DNA of 64,000 bases from Octopus sinensis (lineage: Eukaryota). This document shows, piece after piece, positions 24,954 to 38,513 of the stretch. Under the pieces are notes generated by a model, which was not told the origin of the DNA, made no database searches, and saw nothing but the letters and a program-made list of their open reading frames with translations. The stretch is taken from positions 12,586,001 to 12,650,000 of the forward strand of contig NC_043025.1 in assembly GCF_006345805.1 (NCBI RefSeq), read 5' to 3'. Both the position numbers and the translations under genes were made by a program. Within the stretch, counting starts at the first letter, position 1. Each line of letters opens with the position of its first letter.

Positions 24954-25914
24954 TACTTGTAAATTTGAAAGTATAACTTAGGTCTGTCCATAACAGAATA
25001 ACGTTTCTTAAATCGTACTTTAATGCATAATTTCTCTCTGAATTTTAATATGATAATGTACTCCCTCTGATAGAGTCCAGTATTGTCTACTTTTTCCATT
25101 CATTGCTTCATCCTTTACTTCTCTCGTTCACACTTGTAAATTTGATATATATCTCTCTCTATATAAAGCTGAAGTTGTCCGCATTAGGAAGGGCATCCAG
25201 CTGTAGAAACTCTGCCAGATCAAGACTGGAGCCTGGTGCAGCCATCTGGTTCGCCAGACCTCAGTCAAAATCGTCCAACCCATGCTAGCATGGAAAGTGG
25301 ACGTTAAACGATGATGATGATGTGTGTGTATGTGTACGTGTATCTGTGTTTGTCCCCCCCAACGTCCCTTGACAACCAATGCTGGTGTGTTTACATCCCC
25401 GTAACTTAGCTGTTCAGCAAAAGAGACCGAGAAAATAAGTACCAGGCTTCCAAAGGATATCTCTTTTACTCTTTTACTTGTTTCAGTCATTTGACTGCGG
25501 CCATGCTGGAGCACCGCCTTTAATCGAGCAACTCGACCCCGGGACATATTCTTTGTAAGCCCAGTACTTATTCTATCGGTCTCTTTTGCTGAACCGCTAA
25601 GTAACGGGGACGTAAACACACCAGCATCGGTTGTCAAGCAATGCTAAGGGGACACAGACACACAAACACACCACACACATATATATATACATATACGACG
25701 GGCTTCTTTCAGTTTCCGTCTACCAAATCCACTCACAAGGCTTTGGTCGGCCCGAGGCTATAATAGAAGACACTTGCCCAAGGTGCCACGCAGTGGGACT
25801 GAACCCGGAACCATGTGGTTGGTTAGCAAGCTACTTACCACACTGCCACTCCTGCACCTATGTATATATATATGTATATATGTGTATATGTATATATTTT
25901 TATATGTGTATATG

Positions 25915-25969
<55 letters not shown>

Positions 25970-26027
25970 TTAAAATCTCGGTCGGTGGGGTTACGGTCTT
26001 GTCACTCGCATCGTTAATCAGCTAGTT

Positions 26028-26920
26028 CATTAAGGAATCATACCCAATGACTGGCGTAGCAGCACCATAGTCAACTACTACAAAGGTAAAGGTGATACAT
26101 TAGATAGAAATAACTACAGGGGTATCAAATTATTGGATCAGGTGATGAAAGTTACAGAGAGGCTCATAGCCCAACTAATTAGGGAGAGATTTAGCCTAGA
26201 TGAGATGCAGTTTGGTCTTGTGCCAGGCAGAAGCACCAATGATGCTATATTTCTGATATGGCAACTTCAGGAGAAATATCTAGCCAAAGATAAACCTCTG
26301 TACTTGGATTTTGTTGACTTGGAGAAGCCTTTGACAGGATCTCCTGATCCCTTATCTGGTGGTGAATGTGGAAACTGGGGATAGACGAATGGTTGGTGAG
26401 AGCTGTACAAGCCCTGTACAGGGATGCTGTTGGTAAGGTGAGGGTTGGCATCGAGTATAGTGAAGAATACTGGGTAGAAGTAGGGGGTTCACCAATGATC
26501 AGTCCTCAGCCCCCTCTTATTCATTATAGTCCTCCAGGCAATAACAGAGGAATTCAACAGGCTGCCCCTAGGATCTCCTCTATGCTGATGACCTTGCTCT
26601 AATAGCTGAGTAACTGCCAGAACAAGAGACTGAGGTTTAGGGTGTGGAAGCAAGGTCCTGAATTGAAGGGCCTTAGGGTTAACCTAGCAACAACTAAAGT
26701 CTTAGTAAGTAGGAAGGCTGTCAAATCACAAACCCCTTCAGGTAGATGGCCCTGCTCGGTTTGTAGTGAAGGCGTGGGTAGAAACTCCATATGATATACC
26801 CGGTGTAAGCTACAGACACATAAAAGGTGCAGCAATATCAGAGGAAGGTTAACCGGGGAAAATAGAAGATGCACAGAAAACAGATTCCATCATATGCCAG
26901 GGGGGAAAAACTAAGTTCTT
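26028..26920 (+). mobile_element. RTE-clade LINE reverse-transcriptase fragment (frameshifted)
   Basis: IPNDWRSSTIVNYYKGKGD..NYRGIKLLDQVMKVTERLIAQLIRERFSLDEMQFGLVPGRSTNDAIFLIWQLQEKYLAKDKPLYLDFVDLEK, then KLGIDEWLVRAVQALYRDA. Confidence 0.9.
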
Positions 26921-27288
26921 GTGGAAAAATTTTGACCATTTTATAATGTTATTGAGTGTGTAGTGGTGGGGAGGGATATATAAATATATATATAATATAT
27001 AGGAGGGATATATATATATATATATAATATAATATAAAATTATGTTGATATTATACAGATAGATGGCAGGAGAGTAGTCTGCGTGTGCACATGCATTAAA
27101 AGCACCCACTACACTCACGGAGTGGTTGGCGTTAGGAAGGGCATCCAGCTGTAGAAACATTGCCAGATAAGACCGGAGCCTGGTGCAGCCTTCTGGCTTC
27201 CTAGAACCCCGGTCGAACCGTCCAACCCATGCTAGCATGGAGAACGGACGTTAAACGATGATGATGATGATGATGATATATATATTCA

Positions 27289-27490
27289 AAATGTGACCTC
27301 GTGTGTACCGTTGGCGATTTTTTTCCCTCTGTCTTCCCTTCTCGGGATCTTTCCTTCTCCTATGTTTCCGACGAAGAGCTCCGCTCGAAACGTTAAACTC
27401 TCCTTCTTTCCTTCTTTCCTCAGCGTCCAATAATACTATATTTCTTCCACGTCCTCGCGTTGTTGTGCTATTTTGTGTTTTCTTGTTTGG
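27289..27490 (+). mobile_element. Penelope-type terminal-repeat-like element carrying the best-preserved minimal hammerhead-like motif
   Basis: 27364-27398 reads GTTT-CCGACGA-A-GAGC TCC GCTC-GAAA-CGTT-AAAC. Confidence 0.65.
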
Positions 27491-27659
27491 ATGAACTATA
27501 TATATATATAGGTAGATATATGTATATGAATACAGAGAGATAGTGAGTATGGATGTCTATAAAATCTTGGCAATCCTTTTTGTTCGTTTGTAACATAAAT
27601 ATATATGAAGTCATGTGAGAGTATGGCCTGTCCAAATTCCCATTATACACACAAGCTGA

Positions 27660-27693
<34 letters not shown>

Positions 27694-27850
27694 TATACAC
27701 ACATCCACCAATTATATATAGAAGCCGTGCATGAGTGTGTCCGTATATAAATGCATAGACATACATTATTTGTAATTGTGTGTGTATATATGTCTATATG
27801 TTAGTACTTATACTATAAAAATGTGTATGCATGTTTGTACAGCAAAGTGT

Positions 27851-27885
<35 letters not shown>

Positions 27886-28694
27886 TCTTTACTTGTTTCA
27901 GTCATTTGACTGCGGCCATGCTGGAGCACCATCTTTTTTTAGTCGAGCAAATCGACCACGGTACTTATTCTTTGTAAGCCCAGTACTTATTCTATCGGTC
28001 TCTTTTGCCGAACCGCTAAGTGACGGGGACGTAAACACACCAGCATCGGTTGTCAAGCAATGCTAGGGGGACAAACACAGACACACAAACACACATATAT
28101 ATATATATATATACATATATACGACAGGCTTCTTTCAGTTTCCGTCTACCAAATCCACTCACAAGGCTTTGGTCGGCCGGGACTATAGCAGAAGACACTG
28201 CCCAAGATGCCACGCAGAGGGACTGAACCCGGAACCATGGTGTAAGCAAGCTACTTACTACACAGCCACTCCTGCATATATATATATATATATGAAAGAG
28301 AGAGAGGAAGATAGATACATAGACAGACCATTCACATTGCCGTTCTATAATCTCTCTTGACTCTTACTGATGCATGTATATAAAGATATGAAATATCAAA
28401 TATGTATGAGGTTGTATGTATGTGTGCCTAGTTAACCTAAATATGGTAAAACTGGTCTATTTAGGTTAAGCATATATAAGTAGAAAATTAGTTAAGATCT
28501 GTTTTTATAGGAAATGATTACGACAACAATACTAATGATCTTAATGCATGCATGTATAATATAATATATATAAATAATATAAATAGTATGATTTGATGAT
28601 GTGTGCCATAAAGCTAAATTTAAGTCAAAAGTCAATATAATCTGAATTGTATCTGTCGTGGTTAGGGTGTTGAGTATGTGTATATATTATAAAG

Positions 28695-28732
<38 letters not shown>

Positions 28733-28929
28733 CGATATATATATATATGATATATATGTAGGGTTTTAATATACATCTACATATAAAAATAAATATGTAT
28801 ATATATTATATATATATATATGTATGTATTTAATATACATCTACATTATAAAATAAATCATGTATTATATATATATATATTTATCTTGGTATGGTTTAAT
28901 ATACATCTACATATTAAAATAAATATGTC

Positions 28930-28964
<35 letters not shown>

Positions 28965-29036
28965 TTATATACATCTACATATAAAATAATATGTATATAT
29001 ATATATATATATATAGATATATTATATATGTATATA

Positions 29037-30213
29037 GGTGCAGGAGTGCTGTGGGGTAGGTAGTTAGCTTGTTACCAAACCACATGTTTCCGGGTTCAGT
29101 CCCACTGCCATGGCATTTGGGCAAATTGTCTTCTACTAAGCCTCGGGCCGACCAAAGCCTTGTGAGTGGATTTGGTAGATGGAAACTGAAAGAAGCCCGT
29201 CGTATATATATATATATATGTATTATATTATATATATATATACATATATATATATATGGTTTGTTGTGTCTGTGTTTGTCCCCCCCAACATCGCTTGACA
29301 CCAATGCTGGTGTGTTTACTTCCCCATAACTTAGTGGTTCGGCAAAAGTGACTGATAGAATAAGTACTAGGCTTACAAAGAATAAGTCCTGGGGGACAAT
29401 TTGTTTGACGAAGGGCAGTGCTCCAGCATGGCTGCAGTCAAATGACCAAAACAAGTAAAAGAATAAAAGAATATATATTTATACAGCTCAGGAGTGGCTG
29501 TGTGGTATGTAGCTTTGTTAGCAACCACATCATTCCAGGTTCAGTTCCACTGCGTGGCACCTTGGGCAAGTGTCTTCTACTATAGCCTCGGGCCAACCAA
29601 ACCCTTGTGGTAGATGGAAACTGAAAGAAGCCCGTCGTATATATATATATTAGGTGTAGGAGTGGCTGTGTAGTAAGTAGCTTGCTAACCAACCACATGG
29701 TTCCGGGTTCAGTCCCCTGCGTGGCACCTTGGGCAAGTGTCTTCTACTATAGCCCCGGGCCGACCAATGCCTTGTGCGTGGATTTGGTAGACGGAAACTG
29801 AAAGAAGCCCGTCGTATATATATGTATTAGGTATAGGAGTGGCTGTGTGGTAAGTAGCTTGTTTACCAACCACATGGTTCCGGGTTCAGTCCCACTGCGT
29901 GGCACCTTGGGCAAGTGTCTTCTACTATAGCCTCGGGCCGACCAAAGCCTTGTGAGTGGATTTGGTAGACGGAAACTGAAAGAAGCTTCTTGTATATATG
30001 TATATACGTGTGTGTGTGTGTGTCTGTGTTTGTTCCCCCAACATTGCTGGTGTGTTTATGTCCCCGTAACTTAGCAGTTCAGCATAAGAGAATGATATGA
30101 ATAAGTACTGGGCTTACAAAAGAATAAGTCCTGGGGTCGATTTGCTTGACTAAAGGGGTGCTCCAGCATGGCCACAGTCAAATGACCGAAACAAGTAAAA
30201 GAGTAAAAGAGAG
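29037..30213 (+). mobile_element. Chain of four same-orientation family-A SINE units
   Basis: GGAGTG(G)CTGTG heads near 29041, 29489, 29653 and 29830. The second and third units are head-only and end at the (TA)n. Confidence 0.9.
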
Positions 30214-30589
30214 TATATATATATATACATATATATATATGTGTATATATATATAATATATATATGTGTGTGTTTGTGTATTTATACAGCGTTTGTTTTC
30301 TTAAAGTTTTATTGACTTAGTGTACTTACTAAATTAGACGTTCAGGAGAGGTGCAGTGTGGTGCAGGGTGGTGCAGAGTGGCGGGACACGGCGGTGAGGT
30401 GGAGGTCGATGTGTGAGGGGCAGGAAGGGGCTGTTTGTCTAATCCGTTTGTGTTTGGCTGACCCCTTTTTTTCGTTCCATTTGCCGAGTTTATCGACACT
30501 GGTTCGTTATTGATTGGATAAACTAGACACTTTATCCAGACTGGCGAATCCCCTCCCTTGCTCCAGTGTCCCCCCCTCCCCCGGTTGAT

Positions 30590-31065
30590 GCTCTGTGTGT
30601 GTGCGTGTGTGTGTGTGAATGTGTGTGTGTGTGTATGTGTGTGTGAATGTGTGTGTTGGTGTGTATGTGTGTGTGTATGTGTGTGTGAATGTGTGAGAAT
30701 GTATGTGTGTGAATGTATCTGTGTGTGTGTGAATGTGTGTGTGTTGAATGGTGTGTGTGTGTGTGTGAATGTGTGTGGTTGTGTGAATGTGTTGTGTGTG
30801 AATGTATCTGTGTGTGTGTATGTGTGTGTGAATTTGTATCTGTGTGTTGTGTGTGTGAATGTGTGAGAATGTATTGTGTGTGTGTGAGTGTGTGTGGATG
30901 TGTGTGAATGTGTGTGTGATGTGTTGTGTGTGTGTGTATGTGTGTGTGAAAAAATGTGTGAGAAGGTTGTGTGAATGTATCGGTGTGTGTGCGTTGTGAG
31001 TGTGTGAATGTGTGTGTGTGTGGTGTGGTTGTGTTTGTGAATGTGTGTGTGTGTGTTTATGTACA
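30590..31065. repeat. (GT)n/GTGAAT compound microsatellite
   Basis: Visible directly. It explains the HT-repeat ORFs. Confidence 0.95.
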
Positions 31066-31277
31066 TATATGGATTTAGGCTTACATATATATGCACACGC
31101 ACATATACACACACGTATATATATGTTTGTTTAAACCCACATAGTATATATTTATATGTGTATATATATATGTGTGTGTGTGTATATAAATGTATGTGTT
31201 TATATTGATGTGTTAATCACAGACCTATAGAAATGCATTATCATGCGTACACATATATACACATGTATGTATATTAT

Positions 31278-31314
<37 letters not shown>

Positions 31315-31645
31315 GATTATATATCAATATTTATTTGCGTCGTTCGTTTATTTGATGGATCGGCACATATCCATAAGTCAATATATATATCATATCAATA
31401 TATATATGTGTGTGTGTGTATATATGGATATGTATGTATGGATATGTATGTATGTGTATGTATGTATATATCTGTATGTGTGTATATATTTTATGTTAGT
31501 ATGTATGTATATATATTATATATATATATATATTTATATATGTATGTGTGTGTGTGTGTATCTGTGCTGTAATATTGATATCTATATTCTCAATGTATGT
31601 ATATATACATATATATACACACAATATATACATACATACATCTCT

Positions 31646-31677
<32 letters not shown>

Positions 31678-31797
31678 ATATATATATATCTATATATATA
31701 CACACACACATACATACATATACATATCTTCTCTCTATATATATATACATATATATATTCACACATACATATACATCTCTCTCTCTCTCTCTCTCTC

Positions 31798-31838
<41 letters not shown>

Positions 31839-31873
31839 ACATACATATACACACATATATCTATCTTATAGAT

Positions 31874-31915
<42 letters not shown>

Positions 31916-32098
31916 CATAACACACATATATCTATCTATATATATATATATATATACATACATATACACACATATATCTATCTAATAATATATATATATA
32001 CATACATACATATACACACATACACACATCTCTATATATAATACTATCTATCTATATATATATATATATGTATTTATGTATACACACACACGTATCTA

Positions 32099-32140
<42 letters not shown>

Positions 32141-34019
32141 TATACACACACATATACACACACGTGCGTATCTATATATATAGCTATGTATCCTCTGTAT
32201 TGATGATCTTGCTATTATTGATTGTATTGATGTTTCTGTTTCTATTTTCACTTTTCTTCAGTAAATCAATTTTCTAACCTCTTTCATTGGTTAATTGCCT
32301 TTGTTACACTCAAACAAATCACTATTGTTATCGATATATATATATTGTTTTGTTGCCCCCCGACCCCTCAGTTTTCAGTGTGGGGGTTGGTGGGTTGATA
32401 AAACACTATACCAGTTGCATACGTCGGGTCAGTGATAATCAACTATACCCTTGACTCTGTTGAAATGTTTAGGTCTTGCGTCCGCATTGGAAATGAAAGC
32501 TCTGTTATTGATGTTATATATATATATATATAGTATATATATAGATAGATATATAGCGAGGAGTGGCTGTGTGGTAAGTAGCTGCTAACAACCACATGGT
32601 GCTGGGTTCAGTCCCACTGCTGGCACCTGGGCACTGTCTTCAGCCTCGGACCAAAGCCTTGTGAGTGGATTTGGTAGACGGAATGAGCCTGTATATATAC
32701 TATATGTATGTAGTATATATTTCTTATTGGCCACAAGGGGCTAAACATAGAAGGGACAAACTGCAATGGATTAAGCGATTACATCGACCCAGTCTGGTAC
32801 TTAATTATCGTCCTGAAAGGATGTAGGCAAAGTCGTGGTTGACTCTGCGGCAGACGAAATAACTATTTCTTTACTTACTCACAGAGGGGACAAACAGGAC
32901 AGACAAGGGATTAAGTCGATTACGTAGTGCATAAACTGGTACATTTATCGACCCGAAGGATGAAAGGCGTTGATCTCAGGAATTTCTCCGAAGTAGCGGC
33001 AGATGCTACCGCTAAGTTTCCACCAGTGTGCTAAAATTTCTGCCAGCTCGCCGCCTTCCTGCCATGTTTTGGAACCCAGCCTGGAAGTTGTTTCCTGTAA
33101 ACAATTTGAGTTCCTTCTACAGTTTGCTCTGGGTTTCAATAATGGTATTAAAACGGTGACCATTGATCTGCGTTTTCATCTTGGTGAAGAGATGGAAGTC
33201 CACAGGTTCTAAATCTGACGAATCGAGTTGGCGCTGGAGAGCTCCCTGACAGGGTGCAATATTATTGTGAAGAACCTAGTTCTTCGTGCCCCACAGCTGA
33301 AGTTGCTTCTGTCAAATGTCCCCCCTCAAACACTTCAAAATATCACAGTACTCCACCCTTATTGCAGCCCTTATTTGTTTCTTACACTTCTCAAGATTTC
33401 TACTCACTGCTCCCAGGGCTCTGATAATTACTGGTACTACTACCACTTCTTTTCAGCGACCACAACTGCTCAACCTCCCAAACTAACCTGTCATATCTAT
33501 CGACTGTGCTTTCTTCCTTTTCGCATCCGTTGTTATCAGCTGGGCATGCTATATCTATGATCCAGCATCATTTGCTTTCTTTCTCAATTAACACCATCTC
33601 ATGATCACACCGAATCATAAAATCCATAGGATCTTGGCATTATCATTTCCGATGATGCCTTCGAGTTTATATTCATACCACTTTATTATTATTATTATTG
33701 AGTGAGAGAGCAGTGCATGCCATCAAAGTGACACTGGGGTAAAATATACGAAGCCCAGTATACCCATGATGACTACCCGTCTGATAAGGGTACACCAGGC
33801 ACATGCATCACAACAATGTGTGCCCTTTGTACCTTTTGTCTTGTCTTTGTCCTTACATGTTTTTTGATTTAGGTTAGCCCTTGTGGCCAATAAAACAAGA
33901 ATGTATTATTATTATTATTATTATTGTTCAGTAGTTTTATTTTTATTGCGTGCTTTCACTTCACTACCGAGCGCAGCTCTGTGTGCCTTGGGTATAATAA
34001 TAATAATAATAATAATAAT

Positions 34020-34135
34020 AAAACATTGTGTACAGTGCTCAGGTGCACTACAACTCATCTAAAGTGTATGTATAATCAGGTGTAGTTTCGGCGGATTTCG
34101 GAAAGCATGAGGGCCTTAAAGAATGCAGTGCTGTG
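34020..34135 (-). mobile_element. 3' tail of the same CR1/L2-group LINE family as 14190-15620
   Basis: The reverse complement matches 15443-15620 (GGCCCTCATGCTTTCCGAAATCCGCCGAAACTACACCTGAT). Confidence 0.8.
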
Positions 34136-34408
34136 GTTTGTTGTGATGCTCTGATGGTTATTGTATTGAAAGTGCTCTGCGTAGGATGTGTGCAGTGCCT
34201 AGTAGTGCAATTTTCTGGATGTTATATGTGTTTGCAAGTCCTGGTGTTTTTGTTATGTATTTGTCTGAATATTTTTTTATCATGCCTAATGCACTTACTA
34301 TGATAAGAATTATTATTGTTATTATTATTATTATTGTTATTATTATTATTATTGTTTTTGTTATTTGATTCCCTCGTTTATAAATTTTCTGTCTCTGTCT
34401 CGTTGCAG

Positions 34409-34528
34409 GTAAACGCTATCAGGAATTAATCTGCCTGTATGTGGCTGTCTGTCTGTTCGTCATAAACTTCTTCTTCCTGATCAGACATTTCAGGGTAGAC
34501 AATTTGTATTTCATTGCTATATCTTCTA
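34409..34528 (+). CDS. PEDS1: Plasmanylethanolamine desaturase (TMEM189/PEDS1), internal exon (equivalent to exon 2)
   Basis: TTGCAG acceptor, 120-bp phase 1/1 exon, (G)KRYQELICLYVAVCLFVINFFFLIRHFRVDNLYFIAISS, GTAAGT donor. It aligns with the GKRxQE start of vertebrate exon 2. Confidence 0.85.
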
Positions 34529-35006
34529 GTAAGTACCCATTCAATCACAGCCCTTGAATAACTCTCAAATTTCCTCTGGCCCTTGAATTACAATCCCAAA
34601 TGGCTTCATGTGTTGTCTTAGAAATTGCTCCAACCCCTACCAGCATGGAAGACAGGTGATAAAATCTGATGATGTTGATGGTTATGATAGTGCAAAGGTG
34701 GCGAGCTGGCAGAAACGTTAGCACATCGGGCGAAATGCTTAGCGGTATTTCGTCTGCTGTTACATTCTGAGTTCAAATTCCGCCGAGGTCGACTTTGCCT
34801 TTCATCCTTTCGGGGGTCGATAAATTAAGTACCAGTTGCATACTGGGGTCCATCTAATCAACTGGCTCCCTTCCCTAAAATGTCGGGCCTTGTGCCTAGA
34901 ATAGAAATTGATATTGAGGTTAGGCAGGCGAGCTGGCAGAAACGTTAGCACACCGGGCGAAATGCTTAGCGGTATTTCGTCTGCCGTTACATTCTGAGTT
35001 CAAATT

Positions 35007-35362
35007 CTCTCACCTTACTAACAGCATCCCTGTACATGGCCTGTAAAGCTCTCACTAACCCCTCATCAATCCCTAGCTTCTGCATTGCCTACCAGATAAG
35101 GGAGCAGGGACCCTGTCAAGGGCTTTCTCCATGTCAGCAAAAGCCAGATACAGAGGTTTCCAAGCACAAAACCAAACTGCATCTCATCTAGGCTAACTCT
35201 CTCTCCCTAATCAATTGAGCAACTTTTATCACCTGATCAAGCAGTTTGATGCCCCTGTAATTATTTCTGTCTGGGGCCTCACCTTTGCCTTTGTGGAAGT
35301 TGACTATAATGCTGCTACACCAGTCATTGGGTATGAGTCCTTCATGGACAGCCTGATTACCT
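35007..35362 (-). mobile_element. RTE LINE RT fragment in a PEDS1 intron
   Basis: NQAVHEGLIPNDWCSSIIVNFHKGKGEAPDRNNYRGIKLLDQVIKV, followed by degraded RT sequence. Confidence 0.85.
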
Positions 35363-35364
35363 AT

Positions 35365-35950
35365 ACAGGTACACACACACACATACACAGCTTGACATGT
35401 ACACACCTAGACACACAAACATACATACACACACACACACACTCAGACACATATACACACACAGCCAGACAGGTACATATCTAGACACACACACATAGGC
35501 ACACACACATGCACGTAGACACACACTCACACACACAGCTTGACACGTACACACCTAGACATGCACACATACATACACACACACACACACACTCAGACAC
35601 ATAGACACACACACAGAGCCAGACAGGTAAATACCTAGACACACACACATGAACATAGACACACACTCACACACACACACACACACACATACACAGAGCT
35701 TGATGCGTACACACCTAGACGTGCACACAAACACACTGACAGCCAGACAGGTACATACCTAGACACACACATGCACATAGACACACACTCACACACACAC
35801 ACACACACCCATACAGCTTGACACATACACACCTAGACATGCACACATACATACACACACACACAGACACACACACACACACTCACAGCCAGACAGGTAA
35901 ATACATAGATACACACACATACACATAGACACACACTCACACACACACAA
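35365..35950. repeat. Compound CA-rich minisatellite (AGCCAGACAGGTA / CAGCTTGACA / CCTAGACA modules), about 4-5 units
   Basis: The modules recur in the same order, separated by (CA)n. Confidence 0.85.
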
Positions 35951-36021
35951 GTCTATTGTACCTCAGCCATTCCATCCATGATGACCACCACATTGACCTT
36001 CCATTTTTTCTTTCCTTTCAG

Positions 36022-36113
36022 TATTTGGCATCTTGACAGCCGATTTTCTCAGTGGTCTCGTACATTGGTCTGCAGACACCTGGGGTAGCGTTGACCTACC
36101 TGTGATTGGGAAA
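36022..36113 (+). CDS. PEDS1: PEDS1/TMEM189 exon with the first His motif
   Basis: TTTCAG acceptor, 92 bp, (I)[36 protein letters not shown] donor. Confidence 0.95.
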
Positions 36114-36327
36114 GTAAGTAGTCACCATTTTATGTTAACTCACCTGGCCACCTTAGCTTCTGTTCTCCTCTCTTGCTAGAAATACCAGTCAAATCTCTCT
36201 CCTTCTTTAAAAAAAAAATGAAGGTCATGGGATATAACGTTGCCCAGTATCTTTCTTTTCTCCTTCTTTTACTCATTTTAGTCTTTGGACTCTGGCCATG
36301 CTGGGGCACTCTACCTTGAAGGGTTTC

Positions 36328-37130
36328 AATCTTCAAAGCCACAGTCGAACCAATTCTACTCTATGGCTCAGAAACCTGGACGTTATCAAAGAAGCTTGAA
36401 AGGCGTTTGGATGGAACCTACACTCGCCTCCTTATGAGAGCTCAAAATCTCTCGTGGAAGCGTCATCCAACCAAAGTACAAATATATGGAAAACTACCAC
36501 CTGTATCATCTCAGAGCCATAGGTTGCAGGGTTGTTGAGATTTCAAACTTAAAATCTTCAAAGCCACAGTCGAACCAATTCTACTATATGGCTCAGAAAC
36601 CTGGACGTTATCAAAGAAGCTTGAGAGGCGGTTGGATGGAACCTACACTCGCCTCCTTATGAGAGCTCAAAATCTCTCGTGGAAGCGTCATCCAACCAAA
36701 ATGCAAATATATGGGAAACTACCACCTGTATCATCTCTTGTGAAAGGTAGGAGAGTCCAGTTTGCTGGACATTGTGGTAGAGCTGAAAAAGAGATAATTT
36801 CTACTCTTCTCCTCTGGAAGCCATCTACTCGCAATACCAGAGGGCGTACACTCTCCTACCCTGATGTAATCTCCAGGGATACAGGCATCCAGTAACAGGA
36901 CCTCTGTAATGCCATGATGGACCGTGAAGTCTGGCGTAGCATAGTAAATTCCATTGTCTCGACCACGGTTGCGATACCAGAGGGCACACACTCTCCTACC
37001 CTGATGTAATCTCCAGGGATACAGGCATCCAGCAACAGGACCTCCATAATGCCATGATGGACCGTGAAGTCTGGCGTAGCATGGTAAATTCCATTGTCTC
37101 GACCATGGTTGAACAATGATGAAGATGAAG
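36328..37130 (+). mobile_element. 3' end of a non-LTR retrotransposon (RTE/RTE-X-like) with two internal tandem duplications
   Basis: KATVEPILLYGSETWTLSKKLERRLDGTYTRLLMRAQNLSWKRHPTK...RRVQFAGHC...AMMDREVWRS. Duplications have periods of 225 bp (36330/36555) and 140 bp (36834/36974). Confidence 0.85.
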
Positions 37131-37869
37131 GGTTTTAATCAAACAAAATCCAGGACTTATTTTTTAAGCCTATTGTTCTGTTGGTCTCTCTTTGCCAAAC
37201 TGTTAAGTTATAGGGACATGAACAAGAACAAACCAACACAGGTTATCTAGCAGTGGGAGGGACACACACACAGATATATCCAAATCAAAGGAATGGAGCA
37301 GGTAAAATTCTGATTACATATGTTTCATAGCAAGCAGAATCTCAGAAGTAATAATTACTCAATGAGGGATACTCAGCCAGGTATACACCAGGCCGAAGAT
37401 ACCTTAGTCAAATGAAGGTTATATTGTCGTGCAGGGATCCCAAGTAAACCCGCCGGAGAGGGTTTTTATTTGCATACACTGTGCCCCACCCCAGCTGCTA
37501 ACCATGGACTACAAAATAACTTTTTGTAGCTTTATCGAACTTCGATATGGGGAAAAACTTACACTCGGGTTGACCAAAACCTTATAGAAGGAAACTAAAA
37601 GAAGCCCATTGTGTGTGTGTATTTGACCTCCCCAACCTCTGCTTGATAACTGGTGCTGGTGTGTTTACATTGCTGCAACTTAGCAGTTTGGCAAAAGAGA
37701 TCAATAAAATGAGTACTGAGCTTTAAAAAATTAGTACTTGGGTCACTTAATTCAACTAAAATATTTTAGTGGTGCTCCAGCATGGCTGCAGTCTTATGAC
37801 TGAAATAAGTAAAAAATGAAAGACACACACACTTACTATATGTATATATGTGTATATCATTCAATATGT

Positions 37870-38056
37870 CACCGCATGTGTATCGTTAGCGATTTTTTTT
37901 TTCCTCCGTCTTCCCTTCCTTGGATCTTTCCTTTTTCTATGTTTCTGACAAAGAGCTCTGCTCAAAACATTAAACCCTCCTTCTTTCCTTTCCTAAGCGT
38001 CCAATAACACTATACTTGTTCCACATCCTCACGTTGTGTTTTCATGTTTGGATTAA
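37870..38056 (+). mobile_element. Penelope-type terminal-repeat-like element, degenerate hammerhead motif, in a PEDS1 intron
   Basis: 37941-37975 reads GTTT-CTGACAA-A-GAGC TCT GCTC-AAAA-CATT-AAAC, with core mutations. Confidence 0.6.
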
Positions 38057-38294
38057 TGATATATATATATATATGTGTGTGTGTGCTGTAAACTGGAATT
38101 TATTAACCTGGAAACTCATCCTTTAATTTAATTGTATAAATTCATGCCTATTGTCTATTACAGTTATTTCCCTTGGCTCGTCCTGTTTTTCCGTCTCGTA
38201 TGAAAACAAAACAGAATGAATCATAAAGCTGACATCTGTAACTCTCTCCCTCTCTCTCTCTCTCTCTCTATCGTTTTGTATTGTCCCTTTGCAG

Positions 38295-38513
38295 GCCTTT
38301 ATCCGCCCATTTCGTGAACATCACATTGATCCTACATCGATCACCAGGCATGACTTTATCGAGACCAACGGGGACACATTTGCCGTCACAATTCCGTTCA
38401 TGCTCCACATGTCTTTTAAGTTCACTCATTTCACCTACGACCAAATTAGGGACACATACAACTGGGAATGCTATATATTCTTACTAGCTGTATTTGTTAG
38501 CATGACAAATCAG
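38295..38513 (+). CDS. PEDS1: PEDS1/TMEM189 exon with the FREHH motif
   Basis: TTGCAG acceptor, 219 bp phase 0/0, AFIRPFREHHIDPTSITRHDFIETNGDTF...YNWECYIFLLAVFVSMTNQ, GTAGGT donor. Confidence 0.97.

Noticed and set aside
36064-36078. HWSAD instead of the vertebrate HWGAD in PEDS1
   Set aside because: The His is retained, the substitution is small, and this position cannot be judged unusual without an alignment.
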